Below are positions 63,500 to 64,000 of a stretch of 64,000 nucleotides of DNA, in pieces. The translations under genes and the position numbers were made by a program. The notes under the pieces were generated by a model. That model had not been told where the DNA came from and made no database searches. It saw only the letters and a program-made list of their open reading frames with translations. This DNA is from Leucoraja erinacea (Eukaryota): NCBI RefSeq assembly GCF_028641065.1, contig NC_073394.1, positions 16,492,001 through 16,556,000 on the forward strand. The letters are read 5' to 3'. Within the stretch, counting starts at the first letter, position 1. Every line of letters begins with the position of its first letter.

Positions 63500-64000
63500 A
63501 ATTCCAACCCAGCTAATTGCCACCCAAATAGTCTATGCTCAATCATCAGTGAGGTGATGGAAGCTATCATCACGAGCATTCTCAAATTCCGCTTATTCAT
63601 GAACAACCTATTAGAAGATGCCCAGTTTGGGTTCTTCCAAGATCACTTGGCTTCAGACCTCATTACAACCTTGGTCCAAACATGGATTAAACAGCTAAAT
63701 TTCAGAGGTGAGATAAGAGTGACTTCCCTTGCTGTCAAGGTAAAGTTTTACAGTGTAGCATGAAGAAGGCTTGGTAAAACTAAAGTCAATGGTCACTAGG
63801 GGTAAAACACTCAAGTGGTTGGAGACATACCTTAATAAAGAAAAATAGTTGTGATTGTAGGCTATCTTAACCCAGGATATCACTGTGGGAGTTCCTACAT
63901 TCAAACATCTTTGTAAGTTTCATCAGTGACTTTGTTTTCAGTATAAGGTCAGAAATGGGGATGTTCCTGATGATTTCACTGGTTACAACAACGCATGTTG
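63500..64000 (+). mobile_element. Decayed non-LTR RT fragment (CR1/L2 group)
   Basis: NCHPNSLCSIISEVME..NNLLEDAQFGF..DLITTLVQTW..WLETYL remnants. Confidence 0.6.

Noticed and set aside
56750-64000. RAG1 3' end or RAG transposon terminal inverted repeats
   Set aside because: No RAG1-like coding sequence and no heptamer-plus-nonamer TIR seen; only retroelements and MITEs. RAG1 is expected beyond the right edge by synteny.

Overview
Vertebrate genomic DNA, AT-rich and repeat-dense. The HE1-like SINEs, HER1/CR1 LINEs and RAG2 sequence point to a cartilaginous fish, probably a skate or ray. The window holds the RAG2 side of the recombination-activating gene locus. RAG2 is a single coding exon on + (55190-56749, 519 aa). 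Its neighbour IFTAP (NWC/C11orf74) lies on - and is missed by the ORF track; I assembled five coding exons by hand (34285 down to 22635, about 213 aa), with two consecutive GC-AG introns. IFTAP appears to start at a small CpG-rich promoter (~54000-54150) 1 kb upstream of the RAG2 coding exon, which carries an inverted pair of ZNF143 sites and an RFX X-box. RAG1 is not in the window. The rest is transposable elements: CR1, Rex1/Babar, L2, Vingi, Penelope, Gypsy, HE1 and Deu SINEs, Helitrons, and hAT and Harbinger MITEs. There is one 243-nt assembly gap. Most worth following up: the bidirectional promoter architecture, a candidate lymphoid RAG2 promoter and enhancers, short repeats carrying hammerhead ribozyme cores, a Helitron with a duplicated TATA/Inr cassette, and a minisatellite built around the RSS heptamer CACAGTG. 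Repeat family names come from motif recognition by eye, not database searches, and most TE boundaries are approximate.
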